Origin: Candidatus Roizmanbacteria bacterium
GTDB lineage: Bacteria; Patescibacteriota; Microgenomatia; UBA1406; HO2-37-13b
Assembly (NCBI GenBank): GCA_038127095.1
Contig: JAYPGZ010000002.1
Coordinates: 29,502 to 93,501 of the forward strand
Reading direction: 5' to 3'
DNA length: 64,000 nucleotides
Position numbers and translations under genes: made by a program. The notes below the pieces were generated by a model. The model made no database searches. It had not been told where the DNA came from and was given only the letters and a program-made list of their open reading frames with translations. This document shows positions 19,047 to 28,766 of the stretch, in pieces (position 1 is the stretch's first letter; each line of letters starts with the position of its first letter).

Positions 19047-20438
19047 ATGGTACGCACAAGAATTCCACCGTCACCCACGGGAAATGATTTACATATAGGC
19101 AACCTTTATAGTGCTCTCATAAACTGGGCTTATGCTCGAAAACATAACGGACAGTTCATTGTGCGAATTGAAGATACTGATCGTACTCGGTTTGTGCAAG
19201 GTGCAGCCGAACAAATTCTTGCCACGCTGCGATCGTATGGACTCGAACCCGATGAAGACATGATTAAGGGTGGGCCATATGGGCCCTATATTCAATCGCA
19301 ACGACTCGATTTATATAAGAAATATGCACAACAGCTTATTTCGCAAGGCGATGCATATTACTGTTTTTGTAGTGAGGAACGTCTGGGCGAGTTGAGAGAA
19401 CGTGCAAAAATAGAAAAGCGCCAACCAAAATATGATCGCCATTGTTTGAAAATGTCGGCACAAGACATTCAAGATAAACTCAATGAAAATGCGTCGCATG
19501 TTATTCGTCTGCGAATTCCTGATGGGTCTACCACATATAAAGACACTATACGGGGAGAAATTACAATTGAAAATGCTACGCTCGATGATCAGGTACTCAT
19601 AAAATCTGATGGTTTTCCAACATATCATATGGCAGTGGTAGTTGACGATCATTTGATGGAAATTTCACATGTTATTCGCGCGGAAGAATGGATGGCATCA
19701 GTTCCAAAACATGTACTGCTGTATGATATGCTTAAGTGGGAACTTCCAATATTTACTCATTTACCGCTTTTACGAACTCCAGAGAAAGGAAAAATTTCAA
19801 AAAGAAAAGGAGCAGTGTGGGCTTCGTGGTATTTACAAGAAGGTTATTTAAGTGAGGCGGTATTAAATTATTTGGCGCTTATGGCATGGAGCCATCCGGA
19901 TCAGAAAGAAATATTTTCACTTGATGAATATATTTCTGTTTTTGATTTAAAGGATATAAATCCATCTGCACCAATTTTTGATGTTGTTAAGTTGACTTGG
20001 ATGAATGGGGAATATATTAGAAAAATGGATCCCCGCAAGCTCAGTCACAAGCTATTTGAATTTTATGGTGGAAAATATTCTCAAGAACTCATCGATAAAA
20101 CAATTCCACTTATACAAGAAAGAATTAAAACATTAAAAGAATATGACGAATATTGTAATTTTTTTGTAAATGTTCCAACAGAATATGAAATTGATTTAGA
20201 AAAATATACCAATGTTATTTCAAAAACGAACGACGCTCTCGGTCAGCTTTCTGCGTGGAGTGTAGAAAGTATTGGTGAGGCAATGCTACAAGCGGCGGTT
20301 GACGCGGGATTGAAAAATAGCGAATATTTTATGGTAATGCGTGTAATAATTACCGGGAAGAAAATTTCTCCACCTCTCAATGAATCTATGGTCTTATTGG
20401 GGAAAGAGGAATGTATTAAAAGAATATCGAGGAATTAG
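19047..20438 (+). CDS. gltX: glutamate--tRNA ligase
   Basis: Class I HIGH (PTGNDLHIGN) and KMSKS (KISKRK) motifs; 463 aa. Confidence 0.9.
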   Translation: MVRTRIPPSPTGNDLHIGNLYSALINWAYARKHNGQFIVRIEDTDRTRFVQGAAEQILATLRSYGLEPDEDMIKGGPYGPYIQSQRLDLYKKYAQQLISQGDAYYCFCSEERLGELRERAKIEKRQPKYDRHCLKMSAQDIQDKLNENASHVIRLRIPDGSTTYKDTIRGEITIENATLDDQVLIKSDGFPTYHMAVVVDDHLMEISHVIRAEEWMASVPKHVLLYDMLKWELPIFTHLPLLRTPEKGKISKRKGAVWASWYLQEGYLSEAVLNYLALMAWSHPDQKEIFSLDEYISVFDLKDINPSAPIFDVVKLTWMNGEYIRKMDPRKLSHKLFEFYGGKYSQELIDKTIPLIQERIKTLKEYDEYCNFFVNVPTEYEIDLEKYTNVISKTNDALGQLSAWSVESIGEAMLQAAVDAGLKNSEYFMVMRVIITGKKISPPLNESMVLLGKEECIKRISRN

Positions 20439-21295
20439 CTCATCGTTTCCATCCAGTGTCTGTCTACATCGACGGTTAATTCTAAATACACCTTTTTGTT
20501 TGTAGCGGCTTCAATTTCTTTTCGAGCCATTGAACCAATGACTTTAATTTGTCGACCCTCCAAGCCAATGATCATTTTTTTGTATTTGTTATCGGTTGTA
20601 ATAATTTTTGCCTGAATATAAACAAGGTTATCATTTCTCTCTTTAATCTCTTCAATAACCACCGTTGTTGTATATGGTAATTCCCGACGTAATCGCAAAA
20701 AAACTTTTTCTCGAATAAGTTCGCTTAAAAATGTTTTACTATCCATGTTGAGAGCAGGGTACACATATTCCTTTGAATCAACTATTTTTTCACGTGTCGG
20801 AAGTAGTTCAAAAATTTTGTCTAACAGTAAACTTAAATGATTTTTTTTCAAAGCGGAAATGCTAAAAAATGTATCAAATTCACTTTCTAGGAATTTATAT
20901 TGCGGTAGATATTTTCGATCTTCATCTTCTTTGTTGTAAACAAGAATTTTTGGTTTGTTTATTTTTCGAACAATTCCTAAAACTTTTGCTTCTTCAAAAT
21001 CGCGTTTTCGCGTTGGATCTACAATATATAATACTAAGTCTACTTCTGAGCCCAATCCCTGGATAGTTTGCTGATTAATTTTTTTGGAAAGTGTGTCGAT
21101 TGCCTTGTTAAAAATACCAGGCGTATCTACAAATACAATTTGCCCACGATCATCTTCATACAATGCTTCAATAGGGAAGCGTGTTGTTTGGGGTTTGGGG
21201 GAAGTTATTGCGACTTTTTGACCAACTAAGTTGTTTACCAGCGTTGATTTGCCTACATTTGGACGCCCAATAAGGGCTACGGTACCTGATTTCAT
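20435..21295 (-). CDS. era: GTPase Era
   Basis: G1 GRPNVGKST, G3 DTPG, G4 NKED and a C-terminal KH domain. Its 3' end overlaps gltX by 4 nt. Confidence 0.9.
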   Translation of the reverse strand: MKSGTVALIGRPNVGKSTLVNNLVGQKVAITSPKPQTTRFPIEALYEDDRGQIVFVDTPGIFNKAIDTLSKKINQQTIQGLGSEVDLVLYIVDPTRKRDFEEAKVLGIVRKINKPKILVYNKEDEDRKYLPQYKFLESEFDTFFSISALKKNHLSLLLDKIFELLPTREKIVDSKEYVYPALNMDSKTFLSELIREKVFLRLRRELPYTTTVVIEEIKERNDNLVYIQAKIITTDNKYKKMIIGLEGRQIKVIGSMARKEIEAATNKKVYLELTVDVDRHWMETMS

Positions 21296-21352
21296 ACGTT
21301 AAGTATATCACACGCACACTTCTGAAGCTATTTTTGGTAAAATAGGGGTAGA

Positions 21353-21394
21353 TGGGGAGTGGTCCGCCAGTGGCGGACGCCCGCCTTTGGAGCG
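21353..21394 (+). pseudogene. truncated copy of the tRNA-Gln(UUG) 5' half
   Basis: 21353-21363 is identical to 21638-21648 (TGGGGAGTGGT). 21377-21394 is identical to 21660-21677 (ACGCCCGCCTTTGGAGCG, the anticodon arm). The D-arm is replaced by the palindrome GTCCGCC-AGT-GGCGGAC. Confidence 0.6.
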
Positions 21395-21396
21395 TT

Positions 21397-21636
21397 ATGT
21401 TCACGGTTTACGTAATCAAGGATGTATTAGGTAGCAAATATACAGGTTGTAGCAATAATCTGTCAGAGAGACTGAATGAACATAAGGGAAAATTAACGAA
21501 GACAACACGGAAGGGTGATGGTTGGGAAGTTGTTTATACAAGAGAATTCGTTTCTCGGACAGAAGCGTTACGATTCGAGAAAATGTTGAAAACTGGTAGG
21601 GGTAGAGAGATGATTCGTGATCTTGTTGGAGAATAA
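21397..21636 (+). CDS. GIY-YIG nuclease family protein (single-domain, about 79 aa)
   Basis: ATG at 21397 (MFTVYVIKD...). Contains the VYVI and KYTGCSNNL elements, the ERLNEH Arg and the downstream Glu of the GIY-YIG fold. The track start at 21352 merely translates the tRNA fragment. Confidence 0.8.
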   Translation: MFTVYVIKDVLGSKYTGCSNNLSERLNEHKGKLTKTTRKGDGWEVVYTREFVSRTEALRFEKMLKTGRGREMIRDLVGE

Positions 21637-21637
21637 A

Positions 21638-21710
21638 TGGGGAGTGGTGTAATGGTAACACGCCCGCCTTTGGAGCGGCGCGACTCTAGGTTCGAATCCT
21701 AGCTCCCCAG
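21638..21710 (+). tRNA. tRNA-Gln (anticodon UUG)
   Basis: Hand-folded cloverleaf. Acceptor TGGGGAG/CTCCCCA, D-arm GTGT-AATGGTA-ACAC, anticodon loop CT-TTG-GA and T-arm CTAGG-TTCGAAT-CCTAG. There is one C:C mismatch at the top of the anticodon stem. CCA is not encoded. Confidence 0.85.
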
Positions 21711-21788
21711 CAAGTGATTTCAGACTGCTACAACAATCTTTCTAGACCTTAGAGCCAAAAGTTATCGTCTGAGGTATAATAATGCGGT

Positions 21789-22262
21789 ATGAAAGGTAAT
21801 GATTTTGATTTGAATAAATATCTTAAAGCCTGTTTAGAATCAACTACATTTTGTTCAATAGCAACAGTTGACCCTAAAGGTGTATGGGTAAACCCTGTTT
21901 TTTTTGCTTACGACAAAGATTTGAATTTATACTTTATTTCTCAAATGCATTCTCGTCACATGCAAAACATAGTCAATAATCAGCGTGTCGCAGTTTCAAT
22001 CTATAAAACAGAACAGAAAGATGATATTTGCGGAACGTATCTTGAAGGTGAAGCTGAAGCAGTGGTAGATAGTAAAGAAAAAATTAAGGAAGCTTACGAT
22101 ATTTACTATGGAAGAGCTGGCAAAGGAGCAGATATGCAGCACTATTTAAATAACCCGACATGGATTCCTGTCAAAGTCACTCCTGAACATGTCTATTATT
22201 TCGATACAAGATTCTTTGGAGAAGAAAGAGTAGAAGTTCCAAAAGAAAAGTTGAACTTATAA
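21789..22262 (+). CDS. pyridoxamine 5'-phosphate oxidase-like FMN-binding protein
   Basis: 157 aa. The pattern (CSIATVDPKG...VFFAYD...YFIS...) resembles the split-barrel PNPOx / general stress protein 26 family. Confidence 0.65.
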   Translation: MKGNDFDLNKYLKACLESTTFCSIATVDPKGVWVNPVFFAYDKDLNLYFISQMHSRHMQNIVNNQRVAVSIYKTEQKDDICGTYLEGEAEAVVDSKEKIKEAYDIYYGRAGKGADMQHYLNNPTWIPVKVTPEHVYYFDTRFFGEERVEVPKEKLNL

Positions 22263-22447
22263 ATATTAAGCCTCACCATATTGCGTTTATCGTAAAAAAT
22301 ATTGAGGAATCTTCTAAGTGGTATCAAGATAAGTTTGGATTTGATTTGGTTTACAACTACGAAAAAAATGGAATGAAGATTTCTATTCTTGAACTTGGCA
22401 ATTTCAATGAAAATGAGCAGATTCAAATTGGGCCTAATTTGGACTAA
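22262..22447 (+). pseudogene. remnant of a VOC/glyoxalase-I-like gene
   Basis: The frame reads NIKPHHIAFIVKNIEESSKWYQDKFGFDLVYNYEKNGMKISILELGNFNENEQIQIGPNLD then a stop. That is only the first half of a VOC domain, with no canonical start after the upstream stop. Confidence 0.4.
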
Positions 22448-22723
22448 GTGGTGCAGAGATATTATTAAACATGGAGCAGTTACTGACAAATCCAAATATG
22501 AATACATTTATGGGGCATGCAATATGAACGATACATTTCATCCAAGGTTTTTGGTAAAAGAAGGTTTTAATGGCGTACAAGACGAAACTGGATTTGTAAT
22601 TTATAGAAGAAGCACATAGAAGATATAGTAAACCTTCAACAGTTATTGTAGTGTATATATTCGCAGGCGATGTTTCCATGTGACTAGGTGTATATTGTTA
22701 ATTTTTTTTAATATAATTTCCCC

Positions 22724-23668
22724 ATGAAGATTGCTATCTTAAACGAATCATTCCTTACTACGAACCACATCGAGCGCTTAAAGAAGTTGGGTGAAGTAAT
22801 TATTTATGAGAATACCAATTCTGAAGAGAAAGCGATAGAGCGCCTGCAAAACGTAGACATTGCAGTAATAGATGGATTTATCTGTCCATTAAGCGAAAAG
22901 GTTCTCGCTTCCACAAACATGTTACGGCTCATTGCGCTTAATCACACTGGTTTTGAGATGATAGATATCGAGAGCGCTATCGCAAAGGGGATTAAAATTA
23001 CAGATCTCCCAGGATATTCAACTGAAGGTGTTGCCGAGCATGTTATTGCTCTTATGTTTGCGGTAATACGCCATATACCCCGCGCGAATCACGAAATGCG
23101 AAATGATCCATTTCAAATTGATCCTGCGAACAAAGAACACCGCGGGTATATGGGATTTAATGTGGCCGATAAGACATTAGGTGTTATCGGACTTGGCTCT
23201 ATTGGCACTCGGGTCACTGAATTAGGTAACGGATTAGGTATGAAGGTAGTGGGATATAATAGAACTCCAAAAACAGTACCAAACGTCAAGATGGTTAGTT
23301 TTGAAGAACTACTTAAGACAAGCGATGTGATTTCTATAAATATGGCCATGGACCCAGGAGTAGAACATGTTATTGGAGGAAAAGAACTTGCACTAGTAAA
23401 ACCATCTGCGATCCTCATTAATACAGCGATTGGAAAACATGTTGATAATCAAGCCCTATATGTAGCGTTGAAAGATAGAAAAATTGGCGGAGCAGGGCTT
23501 GATGTGTTAGAAGACTGGTCTAAAAACAATCCACTTTTGCAGATGGATAATGTGGTCGTAACACCTCATGAAGGCTTCTTTACAGAAGAGTCGCTGACAA
23601 ATATGGCTGATATTATTACAAAAAACATAGAAACGTATATCGCGGCCAACATAAACATTATCAGTTAA
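22724..23668 (+). CDS. D-isomer-specific 2-hydroxyacid dehydrogenase
   Basis: 314 aa with NAD-binding GVIGLGSIGTRV and a C-terminal catalytic His region (VVVTPHEG). Confidence 0.85.
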   Translation: MKIAILNESFLTTNHIERLKKLGEVIIYENTNSEEKAIERLQNVDIAVIDGFICPLSEKVLASTNMLRLIALNHTGFEMIDIESAIAKGIKITDLPGYSTEGVAEHVIALMFAVIRHIPRANHEMRNDPFQIDPANKEHRGYMGFNVADKTLGVIGLGSIGTRVTELGNGLGMKVVGYNRTPKTVPNVKMVSFEELLKTSDVISINMAMDPGVEHVIGGKELALVKPSAILINTAIGKHVDNQALYVALKDRKIGGAGLDVLEDWSKNNPLLQMDNVVVTPHEGFFTEESLTNMADIITKNIETYIAANINIIS

Positions 23669-23787
23669 TTTGAGTATATGTTGGAAAGGATTAAGCGCGG
23701 TCGAAGTATCTATAGCGGGCCGCAGCAGCGAAGTGTTGGGAATAATAGAAATAGATGGAAAGCGTAAGATAAAGGAACCATTCATTT

Positions 23788-24291
23788 ATGAAACAATTAG
23801 TTCTAATAAACCCTGAAAACATTTCAGATGAAGAGGCTGAGAAATATCCCATTCGAGAAGCAGTTCGTGTAATTGTTGTAGATAATCATAGCATGGTCGC
23901 ACTTCTTCACGTAAAAAATAAACAACACTATAAATTGCCAGGTGGAGGTATTGAAGAATCAGAAAGTAAAGAAACTGCGCTCAAACGAGAATGTAGGGAG
24001 GAGATAGGTTCTGAAATAGAAATTGTTAGAGAAATCGGCTTTATAGTCGAGTATAAAAAGATTTTAAATCTCAAACAGATTTCTTATTGCTACCTTGCTA
24101 AATTGAAAGGCGAGAAGGGGGTGCCTCATTATACAGACAAAGAACTTGCAAATGGATTTGAGCAAATATGGCTTCCATATAATCAAGCGTTAGAATTGTT
24201 ATCTAACAATAAAGCAAAAAGTGTGGAAGGTAGAGATTATATTGTTCCAAGAGATGCAATATTTCTCAAATTTGCAAAAGAGTACCTCTAA
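23788..24291 (+). CDS. NUDIX hydrolase
   Basis: Nudix box GGGIEESESKETALKRECREEIG. Confidence 0.85.
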   Translation: MKQLVLINPENISDEEAEKYPIREAVRVIVVDNHSMVALLHVKNKQHYKLPGGGIEESESKETALKRECREEIGSEIEIVREIGFIVEYKKILNLKQISYCYLAKLKGEKGVPHYTDKELANGFEQIWLPYNQALELLSNNKAKSVEGRDYIVPRDAIFLKFAKEYL

Positions 24292-24381
24292 ATGGCATAA
24301 TTAGGAATATAATATTGTTCATTTTTCGTTTGCCAAAAAGTTCGAATAGCATTAATGTCCGCCTGCAGAAAAACAGTACCT

Positions 24382-24954
24382 ATGAACATTTATTTTGTTA
24401 GACATACGAACTATATTAATCCTGAGAATATTTATGCATTCCACTTACCAATGGAATTATCAGTAGAGGGTATAGCGCATGCGAATAGGATTGGTAACTG
24501 GTTCTCGGAAAATAAAATCATAAATATTCCACTGTACACAAGCCCAATAAAGAGATGTATTCAAAGTTCTGAGATTATAGTTCAACATACACAATCCTCC
24601 ATTTCTATTGATGAACGTTTAATAGAAACAAGCTGTGCAGAACTTCAGGGCACTATACAACCGCAAGAAAATGCATGGATCCTAGAAGAAGATAACCCGT
24701 CCAGAGAGACAAGAGAACATGTTTTAGAAAGAGTACTAGATTTTTATAGTGAAAAAGTAAAAGAGAATAAGGATTGTATAGCAGTATCCCATGGTGATGC
24801 AATTACTCTCCTCTATTATTATTTAAACAACATTAAACTGCCAAAGTATTTATGGGGACCAGATAACATTGAAAATATTATCAATAGAGGCGAAATTGTT
24901 AAGATTGAAGTGAATAATGAAAAGCTGCATTCAATATCCAGAATTAAAGTTTGA
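24382..24954 (+). CDS. histidine phosphatase family protein
   Basis: ATG at 24382 (MNIYFVRHTNY). Contains the RH motif near the N-terminus and a later AVSHGDAI. Confidence 0.7.
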   Translation: MNIYFVRHTNYINPENIYAFHLPMELSVEGIAHANRIGNWFSENKIINIPLYTSPIKRCIQSSEIIVQHTQSSISIDERLIETSCAELQGTIQPQENAWILEEDNPSRETREHVLERVLDFYSEKVKENKDCIAVSHGDAITLLYYYLNNIKLPKYLWGPDNIENIINRGEIVKIEVNNEKLHSISRIKV

Positions 24955-25043
24955 GCAAGAGGTTCCCACATAGTCAATTAGTGCCATCACCTGAGATCTG
25001 TATAAAGATAAAGTATTGAAAAGGTTTGTGTTAAACTAAGACA

Positions 25044-25370
25044 ATGAAAAACTTAACAATCCAGCAACTCACAGATATAATAATGCAGCAGGCAAAAGAA
25101 AAAGGTTTTGGTACAAAACCAGAAGAGATCAATGTTGCGGAAAAAATTGCTCTTATACATTCAGAAGTTTCAGAAGCCTATGAAGCTTATCGTCATAATG
25201 ATCTTGATGGTAATGACGGCTTTAAGATGGAGCTTGCAGATATAGTTTCAAGAACGCTACATCTGGCGGGCATTATGGACATAGATATTGAAGAACAAAT
25301 ACTTAAGAAGCTTGATAACAATAAAGATAGAAAATGGGACTGGAAAAAAATGAATGAGGGTCACAGTTAA
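25044..25370 (+). CDS. MazG-like nucleotide pyrophosphohydrolase
   Basis: 108-aa all-helical protein with acidic metal-binding helices (HSEVSEAYEAY, ELADIVSRT). Confidence 0.65.
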   Translation: MKNLTIQQLTDIIMQQAKEKGFGTKPEEINVAEKIALIHSEVSEAYEAYRHNDLDGNDGFKMELADIVSRTLHLAGIMDIDIEEQILKKLDNNKDRKWDWKKMNEGHS

Positions 25371-25530
25371 TAGATACATTTCTGCTTCAGATTTTTTATG
25401 GTTGGGATTTACAAAGTAAGTTTCGATAGTATCCGCATTTTGTCACCATTTATGGTACAACTAGGAATGCATAAGCTAAAGTAGTATATAGTTACTCGAT
25501 TTACCAGTACCAGTAAAAGTCTATAAGAAA

Positions 25531-26319
25531 ATGGAAAACTATTTGGAATTTGCAAAAAAACTAGCAAAAGAAGCTGAAGTAATTGCTTTAAATTATTTCA
25601 GTTTTGAAATTGACAGTACTTGGAAAGAAGATGATACTCCTCTTACAAAAGCAGATACGGAAATTAATGATCTGGTTATTAAAAGAATAAATGAAGCGTA
25701 CCCTGAACATAGTATCTACGGAGAAGAAAAAAACGACGTAAAAGAAAACTCAAAATACATTTGGGTTTGTGATCCAATAGATGGAACCATGGCCTTTTCA
25801 TGTGGCTTACCACTGTTTGTTTTTTCTATTGCTTTAGTCGATCAATCGAATGGTCAGCCAATTTTTGGACTCGTAAACGATCCGGTAATGAAAAATATGT
25901 ATTGGGCATATATAGGGAGCGGAGCATATAGAAACGGTAAAAAGATAGAAGTCTCCAAGGAAAATACTTTGAAAAATACATACTTAAGTACTGGCGCATC
26001 AGGCAGAGAAGTGGGCTATTCAAATCTATCACTATTTAAAGCATTGAGTGAAAGAAAATGTAAGGTTATGAAATACCCCTCATTTATTTATGGTGCAATT
26101 CAAGTCGCAAATGGTAAGTATTCAGGAGCAGTGTTCTATGCTAAAGCTGGCCATGATGTCGCGGCTCTAAAAATTATCACCGAAGAAGCAGGTGGTATGG
26201 TGACAGATCTGGATGGAAATGAAAGAAGATACGACCAAGATGGAGTGGGTTGTATCGTTTCGAATAGAATATTGCATACAGAACTATTAGATATTGTTCG
26301 ATCGGGGAAGTTGGAGTAA
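25531..26319 (+). CDS. inositol monophosphatase family protein
   Basis: GEE and WVCDPIDGT motifs; 262 aa. Confidence 0.85.
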   Translation: MENYLEFAKKLAKEAEVIALNYFSFEIDSTWKEDDTPLTKADTEINDLVIKRINEAYPEHSIYGEEKNDVKENSKYIWVCDPIDGTMAFSCGLPLFVFSIALVDQSNGQPIFGLVNDPVMKNMYWAYIGSGAYRNGKKIEVSKENTLKNTYLSTGASGREVGYSNLSLFKALSERKCKVMKYPSFIYGAIQVANGKYSGAVFYAKAGHDVAALKIITEEAGGMVTDLDGNERRYDQDGVGCIVSNRILHTELLDIVRSGKLE

Positions 26320-26331
26320 AATACATACCCT

Positions 26332-26775
26332 ATGATAAATACACTATTTGGACCCAATGAAGTAAATCTTTTAATCGATTTGTTATTAAGTGTAATTGCG
26401 GGTTTAATAATTGGAATTGAAAGAGAATCGCGAGGTAAGGATGCTGGAATAAGTACACATACAATGGTTATTATTGGAGCAATGTTATTTACATTCATGT
26501 CTTCATTGGTTGATCCTGCTTCAGAATCACGAATTGCTGCGCAAATAGTTTCCGGAATTGGCTTTTTAGGAGCAGGCTTAATAGTTAAAGATGGTTCGAA
26601 TGTTAAAAATTTAACCACTGCAGCAAGTATTTGGGTTTCGGGAGCTATTGGAATGGCGTTTGGATTTAATTACCACGTCATCGGTATTATTGTTACTTTA
26701 GCAATTACCATTATCCCACGTATTCCCCATGTAAATAAACGAAGTCCTGAGTCAATTTTAGAATCAAAAAAATGA
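26332..26775 (+). CDS. MgtC/SapB family membrane protein
   Basis: GIERESRGKDAGISTHTMV block and four to five TM helices. Confidence 0.8.
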   Translation: MINTLFGPNEVNLLIDLLLSVIAGLIIGIERESRGKDAGISTHTMVIIGAMLFTFMSSLVDPASESRIAAQIVSGIGFLGAGLIVKDGSNVKNLTTAASIWVSGAIGMAFGFNYHVIGIIVTLAITIIPRIPHVNKRSPESILESKK

Positions 26776-26928
26776 TTTTATTTTTGCATAATGTTCTTTT
26801 TTTAGAACTAGGTTTGGGTGCAGTTTTAGCAATAGATCATATTTTCCAGCCTTCTTAATGTAACTCGCTGACTTAAGCAAAAAAAGCAAAAAACTTGCTT
26901 ACATATGAAAATCTGATATCATATATCT

Positions 26929-27411
26929 ATGATTCGCTCAATATATACATTGTTTATCGGTGTATTTTTAGTACTCTTTGTCGGTGTGGGAATTTCTGCT
27001 TTTTATCCGGCTCCGCAATACCCTGAAATGCCAGAGACAATTAAATATGAACAGCTTCCAGAAGCAGGTGCAAAGGAAAGTCCAGAAAAAATTGCTCAGA
27101 GAAAAGAATATGACAAAGCTCAGAAAGCATATACGCTTGAATCTCAAAAATATGAACGAAATGTTTCAATGATCGCTGTGGTTGCAGCGGTAATTTTTGT
27201 TGCTGCAAGCCTAACACTTCTTAAAGCAATTTACTTGATTGCAGACGGAATTTTACTGGGAGGAGTTTTAACGCTTCTATACGGAACTATTCGAGGATTT
27301 AATACAAACGATACACGATTCTTATTTGTGGTAGTTTCGATTGGACTTGTTATTTCGCTACTACTTGGGTACGTCAAATTCATAAAACCTCTTCAATCAG
27401 GTAAAAAGTAA
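26929..27411 (+). CDS. hypothetical membrane protein
   Basis: 160 aa with an N-terminal TM helix, a charged linker and three more TM helices. Confidence 0.45.
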   Translation: MIRSIYTLFIGVFLVLFVGVGISAFYPAPQYPEMPETIKYEQLPEAGAKESPEKIAQRKEYDKAQKAYTLESQKYERNVSMIAVVAAVIFVAASLTLLKAIYLIADGILLGGVLTLLYGTIRGFNTNDTRFLFVVVSIGLVISLLLGYVKFIKPLQSGKK

Positions 27412-27431
27412 TTTTGGTATACTAGCTGCAT

Positions 27432-27974
27432 ATGAAAAATACCGCATCTTTTGTAACGAATGTAGGGTTAATTACCAGTAACGGATCTTGGGGTCAGAAC
27501 GTGATGGCGTGCGAATGGACACATCAGCTTTCGTACGAACCTTCTCTGATTGCTGTTTGTATACGACCAGGGAAGGCTACTTTCGATAATATTAAGGAGT
27601 CCGGTGTGTTTGGTGTGAATATTGCTTCTGTTGACCAAAATGTTATTGCGAGTACTAGTGGAAACAATCACGGAAAAGCTGTGGATAAAATTGCATTATT
27701 AAAAGAGCTCGGTGTTGATTTTTATGAAGCAAAAACCATTAACACGTTAATGATTCGGGGAGCTACTTTGAATGCAGAATGCAAGCTGGTTAAATTAATA
27801 GAAATTGGTGACCACCCAATCTTTATAGGAGAAGTACAGGAGTTTACTGAAAATGAAAATGATCCGATTATTTATCATAAGGGTAAATATTTTAAATTAG
27901 GAGAACAAATCCACAAGCCAAGTGATGACGTCATTGGTCATATTGCTCAGTTAGTAAAGAAGCATTCGAAGTAA
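27432..27974 (+). CDS. flavin reductase-like FMN-binding protein
   Basis: 180 aa. NVMACEWTHQLSYEPSLIAVCI resembles the flavin reductase domain. Confidence 0.7.
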   Translation: MKNTASFVTNVGLITSNGSWGQNVMACEWTHQLSYEPSLIAVCIRPGKATFDNIKESGVFGVNIASVDQNVIASTSGNNHGKAVDKIALLKELGVDFYEAKTINTLMIRGATLNAECKLVKLIEIGDHPIFIGEVQEFTENENDPIIYHKGKYFKLGEQIHKPSDDVIGHIAQLVKKHSK

Positions 27975-28020
27975 AACGTAGAAGTGCTCGCGATTTATTG
28001 ATGTTTAATACGGCGGACGC

Positions 28021-28320
28021 ATGAAATATAATCAATATTCATTTAAAAGTGTAATATGGCTGTATCCGGGAAAGGCAGCGTGGCACTTTATTTCAGTTCC
28101 AAAAGATATCTCCGCTGATATTCATGAGAAATTTGCGGATCGGAAAAGAGGGTGGGGTTCAATTCCTATTTATGTAAAAATCGGAACTTCTTCGTGGAAA
28201 ACATCTATTTTTCCAGATTCGAAATCTTCGTGTTTTTTATTGCCAATTAAATCTGAAATACGGAAAGTAGAACGTATTATGGTTGATGAATCTTGCCGTG
28301 TGCAAATAGAAATTATTTAG
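28021..28320 (+). CDS. DUF1905 domain-containing protein
   Basis: 99 aa with WHFISVPKDIS...GWGSIPIYVKIGTSSWKTSIFP. Confidence 0.7.
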   Translation: MKYNQYSFKSVIWLYPGKAAWHFISVPKDISADIHEKFADRKRGWGSIPIYVKIGTSSWKTSIFPDSKSSCFLLPIKSEIRKVERIMVDESCRVQIEII

Positions 28321-28750
28321 AACGTGAAGAATTTTTTTGAAGCTCATCTATCTTTTTTTCTAAAATATCAAGTTGATTCATAATTTTTTCCAATTCTTTT
28401 TCTTCATCTTCTTCGACAAAAAAACTTGCAATATTTGCCGTAATTATGGAAAAAAGAGAAATACCAACAAACATAAGTACTACGGCTAAAGCACGGCCCT
28501 CAAGTGTAATGGGTACGAAATCGCCATACCCAACCGAAGCAACTGTGGAAAAAGCCCACCATACCCCTTCGGTAAAAGTTTGGATAGGTGCGTCTGGATA
28601 GCCATTTTCAATTATGGTGACTAAAATACCGGTAAATATAGTAAATATCAGTGCAAATCCTAAAACATAATTGAGTCGGTGAAAAAAAATAAGCTGAAGT
28701 AAGTCCCACTTTTTGTGGCGATGATTTATCATGGTAATCTTCTCAATCAA
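28313..28750 (-). CDS. two-TM potassium channel family protein
   Basis: Selectivity-filter sequence TVASVGYGDFVP lies between two TM helices. C-terminal coiled coil. Confidence 0.8.
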   Translation of the reverse strand: MIEKITMINHRHKKWDLLQLIFFHRLNYVLGFALIFTIFTGILVTIIENGYPDAPIQTFTEGVWWAFSTVASVGYGDFVPITLEGRALAVVLMFVGISLFSIITANIASFFVEEDEEKELEKIMNQLDILEKKIDELQKNSSRSK

Positions 28751-28766
28751 TAATAAGTATACTGTT

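Noticed and set aside
21353-21710. Interpretation of the GIY-YIG ORF as a group I intron inside tRNA-Gln.
   Set aside because: The downstream tRNA is complete on its own. The 243 nt between the fragment and the tRNA are fully occupied by the ORF, leaving no room for a group I catalytic core. The upstream fragment also has a non-tRNA D-arm.
22389-22679. ORFs 22389..22619 + and 22434..22679 - in the decayed spacer.
   Set aside because: They overlap each other, have no recognisable motifs and no SD. They are treated as part of the degenerate region rather than as genes.
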